Part shown: positions 48,954 through 60,509 of the stretch, piece by piece | Numbering within the stretch: the first letter of the stretch is position 1 | How the letters are laid out: each line of letters starts with the position of its first letter | Assembly (NCBI GenBank): GCA_016217965.1 | Contig: JACRFI010000016.1 | Span: 1,837-65,836, forward strand | DNA from: Candidatus Kaiserbacteria bacterium | GTDB lineage: Bacteria; Patescibacteriota; Minisyncoccia; Phycocordibacterales; UBA2100 | Length of the DNA stretch: 64,000 nucleotides | Direction: 5' to 3' | Position numbers and translations under genes: made by a program | Notes under the pieces: generated by a model | The model's database searches: none | What the model saw: only the letters and a program-made list of their open reading frames with translations | What the model was told of the DNA's origin: nothing

Positions 48954-48958
48954 TCTAT

Positions 48959-50158
<1,200 letters not shown>

Positions 50159-50160
50159 AA

Positions 50161-50205
50161 TAGCTTCTAGCTTCTAGCTTCTAGCTTCTAGGTGCTAGCT
50201 GCTAG
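50161..50205 (+). repeat. tandem octamer (CTTCTAGC)x4 plus degenerate units directly after tuf stop
   Basis: 'tagcttctagcttctagcttctagcttctaggtgctagctgctag'. Confidence 0.85.
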
Positions 50206-50210
50206 AAAAG

Positions 50211-50236
50211 AAAACCCGCCGAGAGGCGGGTTTTCT
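50211..50236 (+). terminator. rho-independent terminator of tuf
   Basis: 'aaaacccgcc-gagag-gcgggtttt'. Confidence 0.75.
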
Positions 50237-50298
50237 CGTGCTTGACAGCCTTTACACCCTGATTAGAATGTTGTTATAACAAAAATAAGCATCACGAT

Positions 50299-50529
50299 AT
50301 GACTCAAAAAGTTCTTAAGGTCGGCTCTTCGGCAGCGGTCACGATACCAAAGAAGTCTCTTGCCGAACTCGGCCTCAAGATCGGCGATCGCGTGACTTTG
50401 ACCGTCAATAGGGAGCATAAGAGTATCGTGGTTCAGCCATCTGTGTCTGTGGACGCCGAGACGGTGCAATGGGCGCGAGATTTCATCGAAAAATATCGCT
50501 CTGCGCTCGAGGCGTTGGCGCGTCAGTAG
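50299..50529 (+). CDS. AbrB/MazE/SpoVT-type antitoxin (Phd-equivalent for Doc)
   Basis: 'KVLKVGSSAAVTIPKKSLAELGLKIGDRVTL' swapped-hairpin motif; 2-nt spacing to toxin gene. Confidence 0.65.
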   Translation: MTQKVLKVGSSAAVTIPKKSLAELGLKIGDRVTLTVNREHKSIVVQPSVSVDAETVQWARDFIEKYRSALEALARQ

Positions 50530-50530
50530 C

Positions 50531-50932
50531 ATGCGATACCTCTCAGCGGAGGAATTACTAGTCCTCCATGCGCTCGTTGTTGATGAGACAGGCGGTTCGC
50601 ATGGCGTGCGTGATACGGCGCTTCTCGCGTCAATTGCGCACAAGCCGCAAGCAAAATTTGATGGGAAAGATCTATACCCAACTATTTTTCTGAAAGCGGC
50701 GATACTTCTCGAAGCGGTTGCTAATTACCACGTTTTTATCGACGGGAACAAACGTACGTCGTTCATTGCGGCTGCGAGATTCTTGTTCGTGAATGGATAT
50801 AACATTACGGCAGACAACGTAGATGTCGAGAAGATTGTAGTTGCTGTCGCAATGAAGAAGTTAGCGATTGGGGAGCTTGCGGAATGGCTTAAAGAAAATA
50901 GTTCGAGTATCTACATCCATGCCAAAAAATGA
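50531..50932 (+). CDS. doc: Doc (death-on-curing) Fic-family toxin
   Basis: 'HVFIDGNKRTSF' Doc motif HxFxDGNKR. Confidence 0.8.
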   Translation: MRYLSAEELLVLHALVVDETGGSHGVRDTALLASIAHKPQAKFDGKDLYPTIFLKAAILLEAVANYHVFIDGNKRTSFIAAARFLFVNGYNITADNVDVEKIVVAVAMKKLAIGELAEWLKENSSSIYIHAKK

Positions 50933-51304
50933 TGCCGGACACGTTATCTCTCGGCACTCATCGAGAGTTGGGTTTTCAACACCGTTATGCACTCATTTTC
51001 CACAGAATCGCCTCGATTTGCTTCATCTAAGCATAATCTGTGGTTGATATAGTCACTCTTGTAACGCTTTACGGCGCTACAGCGAAGAAGGAAACCTTTC
51101 GCAAGTCAGGATTCCTTCTCTCGCTTCCCAGATTCGCTAGATGGCGCTTACGTCTAGCCACTCGGGAGATTTGGATCAGAGAGTCAAGTGAACGCGTAGA
51201 GGGATGTCGAAGAGATTCGGAATCCCAGATACCAGAGCCACGGTGTTAAGCAGCCTATTCATCTCTGGAATCGCAGCTAAACCGAATCGTAATGATCCAT
51301 AGCA

Positions 51305-51335
51305 GAAGCCTCCCGTAAGGGAGGCTTCTTGCTTT
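51305..51335 (+). terminator. hairpin 'gaagcctccc-gtaa-gggaggcttc' + T-rich tail
   Basis: 10-bp perfect stem. Confidence 0.4.
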
Positions 51336-51478
51336 ACGGCACTGTTTGCTATAGCGCTTCCATTATATGCGCTAGGGGGCAATAGTTGAGATCCCGGTGG
51401 GGATAGCGAATTCTCCTGGAGAAGATGAGATACATCGGTGACACCTCAGACGTCCAGATTTGAGGCAGAATTGGCGGC

Positions 51479-52726
51479 GTGATTAGCAGCCTCACGCACC
51501 CATATATGGCACTCGCAGCCTCTGTTCGGCAGGTTAACCTGTGGCTCGTCCCAGAGGTCACACTCCTCTCCACTCATGAGCGTTGGAGAAAGCAGGCAGA
51601 GATACTAAGGCTCTCCAAAGAAGCCCGCATACGTCTCGAGTGGTTCATCTGGCACAAAGAACACGGAAAGAATGCCTCCAAGACCGCGCGTCACTTCGGC
51701 ATCTCACGTCAGTGCTTCCACACGTGGAAGAAGAGATTCGATGCAGTCAATCTTCGCTCGCTCGAGACACACGATCGCGCTCCGAGGCGGGTGAGGCAGA
51801 AAGAGATCACTCCGGAAGAGGAAGGCAGGGTCATCATGCTCCGACACGCGCACATCCGCTGGGGCAAGATGAAGATCGCGAAGGTGTACGAGGCAACATA
51901 CAGAAAGAAGATCTCTGCATGGAAGGTACAGTACACGATCAAGAAGAATGCTCTGTACTATCATCCGAAAAAGAACGCACAGACACACGCCAAACGGAAA
52001 CGTTCGAAAGAGAAGAAGCGCATCACAACACTCCACAAGAAGCCCTTCCCCGGCTTCCTCATTGCACTCGATACCATCGTCCTGTGGATCGGCAACCAGA
52101 GGCGGTACGTGTTCACGGCGATCGATACGGTCTCCAAGATCGCCTTTGCGCGAATGTATACGACCAAAAGCTCGAAGAACGCAGCGGATTTCGTGAAGCG
52201 CATGGTGTATCTCTTGGATCATGAGGTCTGGAATGCGGGGCATGACAACGGGAGCGAGTTCCACAAACATTTCCAAGCAACGGTCACACAGCTCGGTCTT
52301 GGCGACTATTGGAGCCGTGTGAAGACCCCCACCGACAACCCGATCAACGAACGCTTCAACAGGACACTGCAAGAAGAGTTCATCGCACTCGGACATCTCA
52401 CTGACGACACCGAGAGATTCAATCACGAACTCACAAACTGGCTCATCGAGTACACATTCGTGCGTCCGCATCAGTCGCTTGGATACGAAACTCCTTGGCA
52501 GTATTATTCCAAGGCCGCCAAAGTGTCACCGATGTACTCGTCTCGTACATCTCCTTGTTTTTTGCGGGAAGATAGTGCATACTCCCTCGCGTTCCTTTAC
52601 ATATGCCTGCAGCAAAGACGAAAAAAACAGCGAAGTCTCCGCGCGCTAAGAAAGGCGATGCAGGAGCACATCGTCTGCGCATCAAAGTGCGCGCGTATGA
52701 ACATGGGGTTCTCGATACGTCGGTGA
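51479..52726 (+). mobile_element. IS481-like (IS3-superfamily) DDE transposase gene; 3' boundary uncertain, ORF overlaps rpsJ start
   Basis: N-terminal HTH, rve core with D ('ALDTIV'), D ('AGHDNGSEF'), E ('NERFNRTLQEE'); last about 40 codons are probably read-through. Confidence 0.65.
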
Positions 52727-52971
52727 AGCAGATAATCGATACAGCGGCTCGCTACAGCGCGACTGTTGTGGGTCCAGTTCCTCTTCCTATAGACATAAAA
52801 AAGTACACGGTGAATCGCGCGGCATTTATCGACAAAGATTCTCGCGAGCAATTTGAAATGCGCATCCACAAGCGCATGATAGACATTTTAAATCCAGCGC
52901 CGAAAGTCATCGAAGCGCTCACAAATATCGACCTTCCTTCAGGAGTTTCAATAGACGTGAAGATGATGTAG
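52603..52971 (+). CDS. rpsJ: 30S ribosomal protein S10 with Lys-rich N-terminal extension
   Basis: 'HRLRIKVRAYEH…GPVPLP…[12 protein letters not shown]' S10 core. Confidence 0.85.
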   Translation: MPAAKTKKTAKSPRAKKGDAGAHRLRIKVRAYEHGVLDTSVKQIIDTAARYSATVVGPVPLPIDIKKYTVNRAAFIDKDSREQFEMRIHKRMIDILNPAPKVIEALTNIDLPSGVSIDVKMM

Positions 52972-52977
52972 CAGGTG

Positions 52978-53646
52978 CTACTTTATAATGCTTTGCGCCA
53001 GTGTTTTTGCTTCTGCTTGACAAAATGTGCGCCATTCCTTTGGATCCAAAGCGTTGATCATTCTCGGCAAATCCTCGGCTCCTTCGGATTTTAGAAGTTG
53101 CGCACTCATCTGCAGCGGATCAAGATGATGATCAAATTTGATCTGCGCTTTACGCATGAGGTCGGACATGCTCCACTCTGGCTTCTCGCGTAAGATGAAA
53201 TAGAGATCGATAAAATCGCGCGCGCGGGGCTTCTGATAGATCGTAAACACTTTATTCACTGCGATATCCAAAAGGCTATCGACGCGAAGGGCCCCGATCG
53301 TCGGCCCCTTTTCTATAGCTGGGAATGGGAAATAGGTGAATTCTGTCTTAATGACATCATCGCCGATATGGAGGAAGAAGAGGTTGCGGTTGAAACTTTG
53401 TTCAAAGGTGAACGAATCGATACTAAGGGAACCCTGCAATTTCTTGAGGAAGACCGATATCGCCTGCGGGTCGAATTCGTGTTCCGTGAAAAAATCGAGA
53501 TCTTCAGAATAACGATGATGCAAGTAAAATTCAGCAAGAGCCGTTCCGCCGGAGAGAATAAATGCAGCTGTAATCGCTCTCTCGCGGGCAATTGCTGAGA
53601 GAACTTTCTGTTGGTTCGCAGAAAGAATTGTGGGCATGCTACTCAA
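52978..53646 (-). CDS. AbiEii/DUF1814-family nucleotidyltransferase (type IV TA toxin-like)
   Basis: 'FILSGGTALAEFYLHHRYSEDLDFF' (GGTAL + S-x-D-L-D-F signature). Confidence 0.65.
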   Translation of the reverse strand: MSSMPTILSANQQKVLSAIARERAITAAFILSGGTALAEFYLHHRYSEDLDFFTEHEFDPQAISVFLKKLQGSLSIDSFTFEQSFNRNLFFLHIGDDVIKTEFTYFPFPAIEKGPTIGALRVDSLLDIAVNKVFTIYQKPRARDFIDLYFILREKPEWSMSDLMRKAQIKFDHHLDPLQMSAQLLKSEGAEDLPRMINALDPKEWRTFCQAEAKTLAQSIIK

Positions 53647-53824
53647 GCGCGAGTGCGAGCGCCTTGCGTTTCCACGGATCTATAATGATTGCATCCCATT
53701 CACTACGCAGCACTTCAGCGGATATTTTTTCATCCCCGATACCGAAGTTTATCCGCTGTTCGAGGCTCCACGTAGAGCTTGGGGCATTTTGAACCGACCA
53801 GTGTTTTTTTATCATTACCCGCAT
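53639..53824 (-). CDS. small ORF upstream of AbiEii-like gene (possible truncated partner/antitoxin)
   Basis: 61 aa overlapping toxin start by 8 nt; no domain. Confidence 0.25.
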   Translation of the reverse strand: MRVMIKKHWSVQNAPSSTWSLEQRINFGIGDEKISAEVLRSEWDAIIIDPWKRKALALALE

Positions 53825-53854
53825 TATACCACATATTGAGCCGTCTTTTCCGGA

Positions 53855-54586
53855 TTATTCTCTCGCAAGTTTCAGGAGCGGCTCTTGCCAATCAAAGCAG
53901 GTCTCTCGGTCTTCGAGAATTTTGAACTGCCCTAGACATGAAGGTTCGAGCGCAGCGAATTGCTCCAACATCTTTACCGCAGACTCGATAAATCCGCCTA
54001 CAGTGCCGTCTGAATCATCAACGCCGCCTTGGCACAATTTCTTATCGAGCTTGAGTAGGGTTTGTATAACCATTCGTGCCGCTTCTTCACAGACGGGAAG
54101 TTTGGAGAAGACAGCTGACAGGCGGTTGCATCCTTCGGCGAGTCCGCCTTGATACGCGAACCACATTCGCGAAGGTCCGCGATATGCTTTGATGAATTTC
54201 ATTACGACTTTGATGGCGGATTGCGTTGAAAGCAATTCGTCTTTGCTTAGTGGTCCGATTCTCCCGCTGCAGAGAGGTTCACTTTGCATTTCCTTGTCGG
54301 TCTCTGAGAGAGGTTGGCCTGCTGCGGCAGCATGTATGGCAACTGCGACCATATGCTTACAGAGCTCTTCTTTTTGACCGACATAGCAATTACATTCTCC
54401 CACATCGAATTTCTCACTCGACACCCATACTTCGTATGAGTTACTGCCAATTACAACAGCAGAGAAAATGCCGTCAGTTTTCTTGCATTGTGTGACCTTG
54501 CCAAGCTCATACAAATAAACAGCCCTCGACCATGTGGGGTTTCCCGTTGCGAACTTTATCTTTGGCACGTCATATGCGGGAACCAT
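53855..54586 (-). CDS. SWIM zinc-finger domain protein
   Basis: '[15 protein letters not shown]' CxCx9CxH SWIM signature. Confidence 0.55.
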   Translation of the reverse strand: MVPAYDVPKIKFATGNPTWSRAVYLYELGKVTQCKKTDGIFSAVVIGSNSYEVWVSSEKFDVGECNCYVGQKEELCKHMVAVAIHAAAAGQPLSETDKEMQSEPLCSGRIGPLSKDELLSTQSAIKVVMKFIKAYRGPSRMWFAYQGGLAEGCNRLSAVFSKLPVCEEAARMVIQTLLKLDKKLCQGGVDDSDGTVGGFIESAVKMLEQFAALEPSCLGQFKILEDRETCFDWQEPLLKLARE

Positions 54587-54619
54587 ACTGTCAATCTACC
54601 AGCACTTTGCACATTCTCC

Positions 54620-54763
54620 ATCAATAAAGATTCGCGCGAACAATTCGAAATGCGCATCCACAAGCGCATGACAGATATTTTAAATCCAGCGCCGAAAGTC
54701 ATCGAAGCGCTCACAAATATAGATCTCCCATCAGGTGTTTCAATCGACGTCAAGATGATGTAG
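54620..54763 (+). repeat. rpsJ 3'-end remnant (…[47 protein letters not shown]), direct repeat of 52828-52971
   Basis: About 90% nt identity over 144 bp. Confidence 0.85.
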
Positions 54764-54790
54764 CTGTTCCCACAGAGCAACCCAGTCCAT

Positions 54791-56647
54791 CTATTCGGTG
54801 GGTGCTACGTACATGCCAAACATTCCCATAGCACCTCGTATAGGCACCTCAAACCCATTGTCATACACGGCCTCTATTGAGAGCACGTCTTCCTTTTTAA
54901 GAGCGATCTCAGTTGCGTAGTGAGGAGTGTCATAACGATAGGGATTATCATTTGATCTTACCGTCTCGAAGACGGACAAAAGTTCACCGTTACGTCTTAT
55001 GGCAACGTTCTTGCCGCTTTGCCAACCATGCAAATGAGCTCCCATATACACAATTGTCGCATTGTGCTCGATGATCATCCGGTTTTGGCCCTTCTCTACC
55101 CAACCAGGACCGCCATATACATATCCTTTCGAATGCGGCGGCACTGTGAACACATGAGTCTGGGAAGCACACGCATCCTCGTCAAGCTTGAGGACGTGAA
55201 AATAAACCGGAGTTGCTCGCTCAGGGTTGCTAACGCTCTTTAGTTTAACGGTGGCAAACACGTCCTCAAAGGTTCCGCCTGGTCCGATGGGGGGTAGTGG
55301 ATTGTGCAGCGCTACGGCGAGCTGGAGCCGAGTGCCTTTTATGATCGTAAGCGCATAATCTTGCGGAAGAGAAATCTTTCTCGTGTGCATCTGATCCTGG
55401 CCGACGGCAGCGAGTTCCCTCCCGTAAAACTGCGGGCAAATGACGTCCGGTTTATCGATGTCAACCAATAGAGCATGATGCAGAATAATATCCGGCGCAT
55501 TATGTATCTCAAACTCTATCTCTGAGACGTTTACATCATCCGGAACCGTATATATGGGAGAATATATTTCATAATGGTGGCCTTTATCTATTGCTGAATC
55601 TCCAGCAACGTGGGGATGTGAAGATAGCTCTGGCAGATGTTGCGTTTCTAGAACGATTGTCGGACGGTGAGAGACGAAAAAACCGCTAAGAATTACGATT
55701 GCCAGGACACATGTTCCCATCAGTACGTACGCCAACTTCCTCGTGGACCGGCTAAACTCGGAGATGTGCTTCCAAATAGCATCTGGTATCCAACGTGAGT
55801 CGAACAGGAAGAGGAAGTATAGCAGCATCCCCAGGACGACTTCCGTAAGATCAAGAGTGGCCAGCACATATATAAACATGAGTACCCAAAGCAGCCATAT
55901 GATGCTCCGGGTTCTCTCCCAGAATATCAGTGGAAGTGAGAGTGTGTATGTTGATGCGGCGGCCCATGTTTGCCCGGCGATGGTCCAGTGTGGAAGTGAT
56001 TGAAGATAGTGCACGAACCAATAGTCGAATGCGATCGGTTGATGAAGGATATAATACATTGCCGTCCCGTTTTGCCACGTCTCTGAAAATAACCTATCGA
56101 TGCCGCTTGCAGTAAACGAGAGCCCAAGCACGAACCATGCGCCCCAATACACGCCCCACGGCATATACCATTCCTCTGGACCTCTCCTTCCAAAAAGAAA
56201 TCGATCGGTCGACAAAGGCTCTCTGGACGGAATGATGCAAAGGAATATGAGAAGCAATCCCGTAAAAGGAAGCGAGGGGTCTTCGGTTAGTACATTCCGC
56301 CCGAAGAGCATGGAGAGTATCAGCCACGTAATAAGTGCATTCGGAAGCCGAAAAAAGCCGATAATTATGCAGATCACGCTCAAAAACAGGACGGCAAATA
56401 CGAGAGTGATCGTTTCAGGAGAATCGAATACGTTAAGAAAATTCGGAAGGTAACCGTATATGTAACTGATGACTGGGTCTGGCAACATGCCGACGGATGT
56501 ATACAATTCGTATCGGTAGGGAAACTCTCGGATCGCGTAGAAGAGAAGGTAGATGCCGAACAGGGCGCGCCACAAAGAGAATTGTACTGGAGCGTATGTT
56601 GCTACAAGGGGTATCGTCATGAAGCGCATGCGATCTCGTATTGCCAC
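54791..56647 (-). CDS. polytopic membrane protein, HTTM-like N-terminal domain + extracytoplasmic C-terminal domain
   Basis: About 8 TM helices in first 300 aa, Trp/Tyr-rich loops; beta-rich C-terminus. Confidence 0.45.
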   Translation of the reverse strand: MAIRDRMRFMTIPLVATYAPVQFSLWRALFGIYLLFYAIREFPYRYELYTSVGMLPDPVISYIYGYLPNFLNVFDSPETITLVFAVLFLSVICIIIGFFRLPNALITWLILSMLFGRNVLTEDPSLPFTGLLLIFLCIIPSREPLSTDRFLFGRRGPEEWYMPWGVYWGAWFVLGLSFTASGIDRLFSETWQNGTAMYYILHQPIAFDYWFVHYLQSLPHWTIAGQTWAAASTYTLSLPLIFWERTRSIIWLLWVLMFIYVLATLDLTEVVLGMLLYFLFLFDSRWIPDAIWKHISEFSRSTRKLAYVLMGTCVLAIVILSGFFVSHRPTIVLETQHLPELSSHPHVAGDSAIDKGHHYEIYSPIYTVPDDVNVSEIEFEIHNAPDIILHHALLVDIDKPDVICPQFYGRELAAVGQDQMHTRKISLPQDYALTIIKGTRLQLAVALHNPLPPIGPGGTFEDVFATVKLKSVSNPERATPVYFHVLKLDEDACASQTHVFTVPPHSKGYVYGGPGWVEKGQNRMIIEHNATIVYMGAHLHGWQSGKNVAIRRNGELLSVFETVRSNDNPYRYDTPHYATEIALKKEDVLSIEAVYDNGFEVPIRGAMGMFGMYVAPTE

Positions 56648-57102
56648 ACACGGGCGTCCATAAATTCAGGTAGATATCTGATCGAGACCGAAATACTATC
56701 CAGATCCTGTAATTTCGCAACGTATGTATCGTGCACGTCTCCTTTGCAGAACATGTATGATAGCGTCGCAAGCACCATTGGACGGGGGAAGCGGGGAGCA
56801 AACCGGAGTATTTGCAAGTAAGGGATCTTTCTACGATGAGGCCCGGTTAAGGTTTCCATGAGAAAAGTGTCGAGTTCAACGTCTTGGCTTTCACCATTCC
56901 TGAAATGCAATGTATATGTGCGATATGCCAATATGCTGTCATATCCTCGTATGCCCGAGAAAGGGAACGGAAACGGAGCGAACATCAGCGACTTGGCGAA
57001 GAATTTGATATGGTCCGACCCAATGGCATATCCAAAAAGTTGGGAACAAGCCAAGAGCGTGACGACTCCCGCAGCAATGTTTATTCTCAGTTTGGCACTC
57101 AC
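56617..57102 (-). CDS. hypothetical protein
   Basis: 161 aa; N-terminal hydrophobic segment; overlaps downstream gene by 31 nt. Confidence 0.35.
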   Translation of the reverse strand: MSAKLRINIAAGVVTLLACSQLFGYAIGSDHIKFFAKSLMFAPFPFPFSGIRGYDSILAYRTYTLHFRNGESQDVELDTFLMETLTGPHRRKIPYLQILRFAPRFPRPMVLATLSYMFCKGDVHDTYVAKLQDLDSISVSIRYLPEFMDARVWQYEIACAS

Positions 57103-57157
57103 ACGGTAAATTCTAGCAATAATTCCAGGCGAAAAAGAGACGCTCTATCGTGATACG

Positions 57158-58624
57158 ATGCGTGAAATGCGTGTTCTGACGAGTGTGCTTGTTGTCTTGT
57201 TCGCTGGCATTGTTCTTGGGTGTACGACATTTACGTCCTGGCTTTGGCCCATCGCGCCTCTTTCCATAGCTTTGCTTCTCTACCTTCTTGCCGGCTCCGA
57301 GCGCGTTAATGCATTCTGGCTCGGACAAAGTTTTGGGTTTGGCGTTTTGGGAGCCTCATTTTTCTGGGGATTTGACGCATTACCCCTGGATTGGCTCGGC
57401 ATAACACAACCTCTCATTGGTTTTTTGATCGTAGGATTCTTATGGTTTTTTTATTCGTTTGTTATCGGATCCTCGATCGGCTTTTTTGCGCTTTGTATCT
57501 TGCCTCTTGCACGAAGCTTCTGGCTTCTTGCGGCTGCACCTGTCTTGTGGGTGGCCTTCGAATTTTTGCGCGCATTTGCATACTCCGCCATATCCTGGGG
57601 GCCAGGATCCGTGCTAGGCGTGGACTTCTCCGTCGGTTTTGCCGGATATGCAGCCGCTTGGTCAAGCGGCTTATTATGGTTTTCAAAATTTGGTGGTGTG
57701 GCAGCCTTGAGCGCGACAGTTGTAGTGATTGCATCCACCTTGTCCCTGCTATCGACGGGTGCCACTTCGCACAAGCGCGTAGCAACGATCTGGGTGCTGT
57801 TTGTTGCCTTTTGTTTTATCGCATGGATCGTGCCCAGTCCCATTATACTCGTCATGAACCCCGGGTTGGTCACGGTGAATGGGCTTCGCATTGTCCCCGT
57901 GTCTACACATATCAAACCAGCGATCATTATTTCTCCAGAAAAGCGCAGGACTGACTCAACTGCAATCGCGAATGCTCTTCGGCAAGCGCTGGAACAGAGG
58001 CCGGATATCGTCATCTTGCCGGAATATGCGCGCTACGTGCGCAGAGAGGGGCAGATACCGGAGGCATTAGCAGCGGATATACGGAAGAGCCTCAAAGAGA
58101 CAAAAACTCTGGTCGTTGATTCAGAGCCAGGATACCAGAATCTGAATGGTGGACATCCATCGATCATCCTCATCGATGGCGAATCAGGCGAAGTACTCAA
58201 AAGGCAACACAAACGGTATCTCATCCCGCTTGGAGAATTTCTCCCGTACTTTGTCGAGAGAGCGTTGCGCTTGTTTGGCCTCGGTCCCACTATTGATGTC
58301 GTTCGAGAAAATAGGACGTATGCTCCCTCACTCGAATCGTATGCGTCCCGCGTTGTCGAGTGGCATGGTATCAAATTCGCGGCACTTCTTTGCTCGGAAT
58401 CGTTCTCCCCGTTCGGATACCGAAGCGTATCGGATGGCGGCGCAGACGTGCTCATCAATCTCGCATCGCATGCATTCTTTAGAGAACGATCAAGCATTAT
58501 CTTTGGCGAGACGCTCGCGATGGCCCTCGTTCATTCTGCATTTACCGGGAAAGTATATGTGCAAGCAACTAACTACGGCCCGTCGCTTGCCATATATCCG
58601 CGTGGCAAAGTGCCCGCGCCCTGA
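57158..58624 (+). CDS. apolipoprotein N-acyltransferase-like (polytopic N-domain + CN-hydrolase domain)
   Basis: About 6-8 TM N-terminus; nitrilase-fold 'IVILPEYA' (Glu), 'ALLCSESF' (Cys). Confidence 0.6.
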   Translation: MREMRVLTSVLVVLFAGIVLGCTTFTSWLWPIAPLSIALLLYLLAGSERVNAFWLGQSFGFGVLGASFFWGFDALPLDWLGITQPLIGFLIVGFLWFFYSFVIGSSIGFFALCILPLARSFWLLAAAPVLWVAFEFLRAFAYSAISWGPGSVLGVDFSVGFAGYAAAWSSGLLWFSKFGGVAALSATVVVIASTLSLLSTGATSHKRVATIWVLFVAFCFIAWIVPSPIILVMNPGLVTVNGLRIVPVSTHIKPAIIISPEKRRTDSTAIANALRQALEQRPDIVILPEYARYVRREGQIPEALAADIRKSLKETKTLVVDSEPGYQNLNGGHPSIILIDGESGEVLKRQHKRYLIPLGEFLPYFVERALRLFGLGPTIDVVRENRTYAPSLESYASRVVEWHGIKFAALLCSESFSPFGYRSVSDGGADVLINLASHAFFRERSSIIFGETLAMALVHSAFTGKVYVQATNYGPSLAIYPRGKVPAP

Positions 58625-58668
58625 TCGCGGCTCGTGACAGCGCAGGGCGCATTGCATACACTGGCAGG

Positions 58669-60489
58669 GTGAAGTGCGCAGATTACATAGCTGAGTTTCT
58701 CGCGAAGCGAGGGTTTAAAGATGTTTTCGCAGTTACTGGTGGGGCCATCGCGCACACTATTGATGCCATCGGCAGAAGATCGGCCTCACGCGGTGATGTT
58801 TCCTACACCTGTGTCGTACACGAACAAGCAGGAGCGATGGCGGCTGAAGCGTACTCGCGGCTTTCGCAGGGTATAGGAGTGGTGATGGCCACGAGCGGGC
58901 CAGGCGCGACAAACCTCATTACCGGCATCTGTGGAAGCTGGTTTGACTCAATACCGGCGCTTTTCATTACTGGGCAAGTTGGTAGAAGAGAATCAGTTGC
59001 TGCTTCAGATGCAAATCCGCGCCAAGTCGGATTTCAAGAAACTGATATTATTTCAATTGCGAAGCCTGTGACGAAGTACGCACGCGCTGTCGAATATCCT
59101 GAAGATATACGATATGTCCTGGAAGAAGCGATTTATATCGCGAGAAGCGGCCGACCGGGCCCCGTGCTCGTCGATATCCCGATAGATGTGCAGATGGCAA
59201 ACATCGAACCTTCCAAACTCAAAAGTTTCTCCCCAAAGGATACGCCGAAATTACATCCTTCCGCTACGGTGTTCAAAAAGAAAGTAAAGAGGATAGTTGC
59301 GTTACTTGCACAAGCGAAGCGGCCAGTGATTCTTCTTGGCGGAGGTGTCCGTATTGCGGGTGCAGAGAATGCGGCGCGAGATCTTTCCCTCCGGATAGGC
59401 GCGCCCGTTGTTTTGTCATGGAGTGGTTTCGATCTCCTGCCAGATAATTTTCCCTTGCTCGTAGGGCATGTGGGCATCTATGGCAGTCGCGGCGCGAACT
59501 TCACGGTACAAAACGCCGATCTCGTCCTTTCGATTGGTTCGCGGCTCGATACGAGGCAAACCGGCTCACGTCCGGAGTCTTTTGCGCGCGCGGCGAAGAT
59601 TGTTATGGTCGATATTGATGCGAATGAGATAAAAAAAGGAAGAGGGCTTTCGGTGGACGTCGGGGTTGTTGCCGAGGCGGGAGCGTTCATAAAAGAGCTC
59701 AGATCTCGGCTCCCAAAAAGATCCCCACGGCGTGACGATTGGTTTTTGCATGTACGGGCGTGGCAAGAATATCGCTATCCCGAGAGCTTATGTTCCAAAC
59801 GGGACAATCCGATGAGCGCGTATCCTGCCCTGCGCGCGTTGTCCGACTCACTCGCCAAGAATGATGTCGTTATTGCCGACGAGGGCGGAAATCTTGTGTG
59901 GACGATGCAGTCGTTTCGGATCAAAGACGGACAGCGGCTCATCTCGACCTTCGGCAATTCTCCGATGGGGTACGCGCTTCCCGCCGCAATCGGTGCGGCG
60001 CGCGCTCTTCCAGGGAAACGCATCGTTTGCATCGACGGTGACGGCGGATTCCAGCTCAACATCCAGGAATTACAGACAATTAGGTATTACGATCTGCCGA
60101 TTAAGATCTTCATCATCAATAATGAGAGCATGGGAATCATCAAGCAATTCCAAGAGCAGTATTTTGACGGAAGATTCCATGCCTCTTCTCCTGATCATGG
60201 CTATCGTGCTCCTGATTTCGTGAAGATAGCGAGGGCATATGGCATTCCTGCGCTACGAGCGCGCCGATTATCAGAAATCAAAGCCGTTATCCGAAAGGCG
60301 CTTGCGCAAAAAGGGCCAGTCTTGGTAGATGTGCGGGTTGATGAGAAACAAGAATTGCTGCCGAAAGTCGAATTCGGGCGCCCTATCGAAGACATGTCGC
60401 CGTATCTTGATCGAGACGTGCTGAAAAAACTAATGCTCATCGATCTACTGCCCGAATCAAAAGATATTCCGAGAAAAAAGCCTCGGTAG
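58669..60489 (+). CDS. thiamine-pyrophosphate-dependent enzyme (acetolactate-synthase-like)
   Basis: Pyr, central and PP domains; 'GDGGFQLNIQELQT' TPP-binding motif. Confidence 0.75.
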   Translation: MKCADYIAEFLAKRGFKDVFAVTGGAIAHTIDAIGRRSASRGDVSYTCVVHEQAGAMAAEAYSRLSQGIGVVMATSGPGATNLITGICGSWFDSIPALFITGQVGRRESVAASDANPRQVGFQETDIISIAKPVTKYARAVEYPEDIRYVLEEAIYIARSGRPGPVLVDIPIDVQMANIEPSKLKSFSPKDTPKLHPSATVFKKKVKRIVALLAQAKRPVILLGGGVRIAGAENAARDLSLRIGAPVVLSWSGFDLLPDNFPLLVGHVGIYGSRGANFTVQNADLVLSIGSRLDTRQTGSRPESFARAAKIVMVDIDANEIKKGRGLSVDVGVVAEAGAFIKELRSRLPKRSPRRDDWFLHVRAWQEYRYPESLCSKRDNPMSAYPALRALSDSLAKNDVVIADEGGNLVWTMQSFRIKDGQRLISTFGNSPMGYALPAAIGAARALPGKRIVCIDGDGGFQLNIQELQTIRYYDLPIKIFIINNESMGIIKQFQEQYFDGRFHASSPDHGYRAPDFVKIARAYGIPALRARRLSEIKAVIRKALAQKGPVLVDVRVDEKQELLPKVEFGRPIEDMSPYLDRDVLKKLMLIDLLPESKDIPRKKPR

Positions 60490-60509
60490 GCCTTCCGCGG
60501 CCTCGACGC

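Noticed and set aside
48700-48958. Looked for the tRNA genes (Thr/Tyr/Gly/Thr) that commonly precede tuf, and for tRNAs in other long spacers (50940-51478, 32483-32598)
   Set aside because: No cloverleaf with a GTTCRANYC T-loop or acceptor stem could be found by eye. Hairpins present are simple GC stems. A tRNAscan or Infernal run would be needed to exclude this formally.
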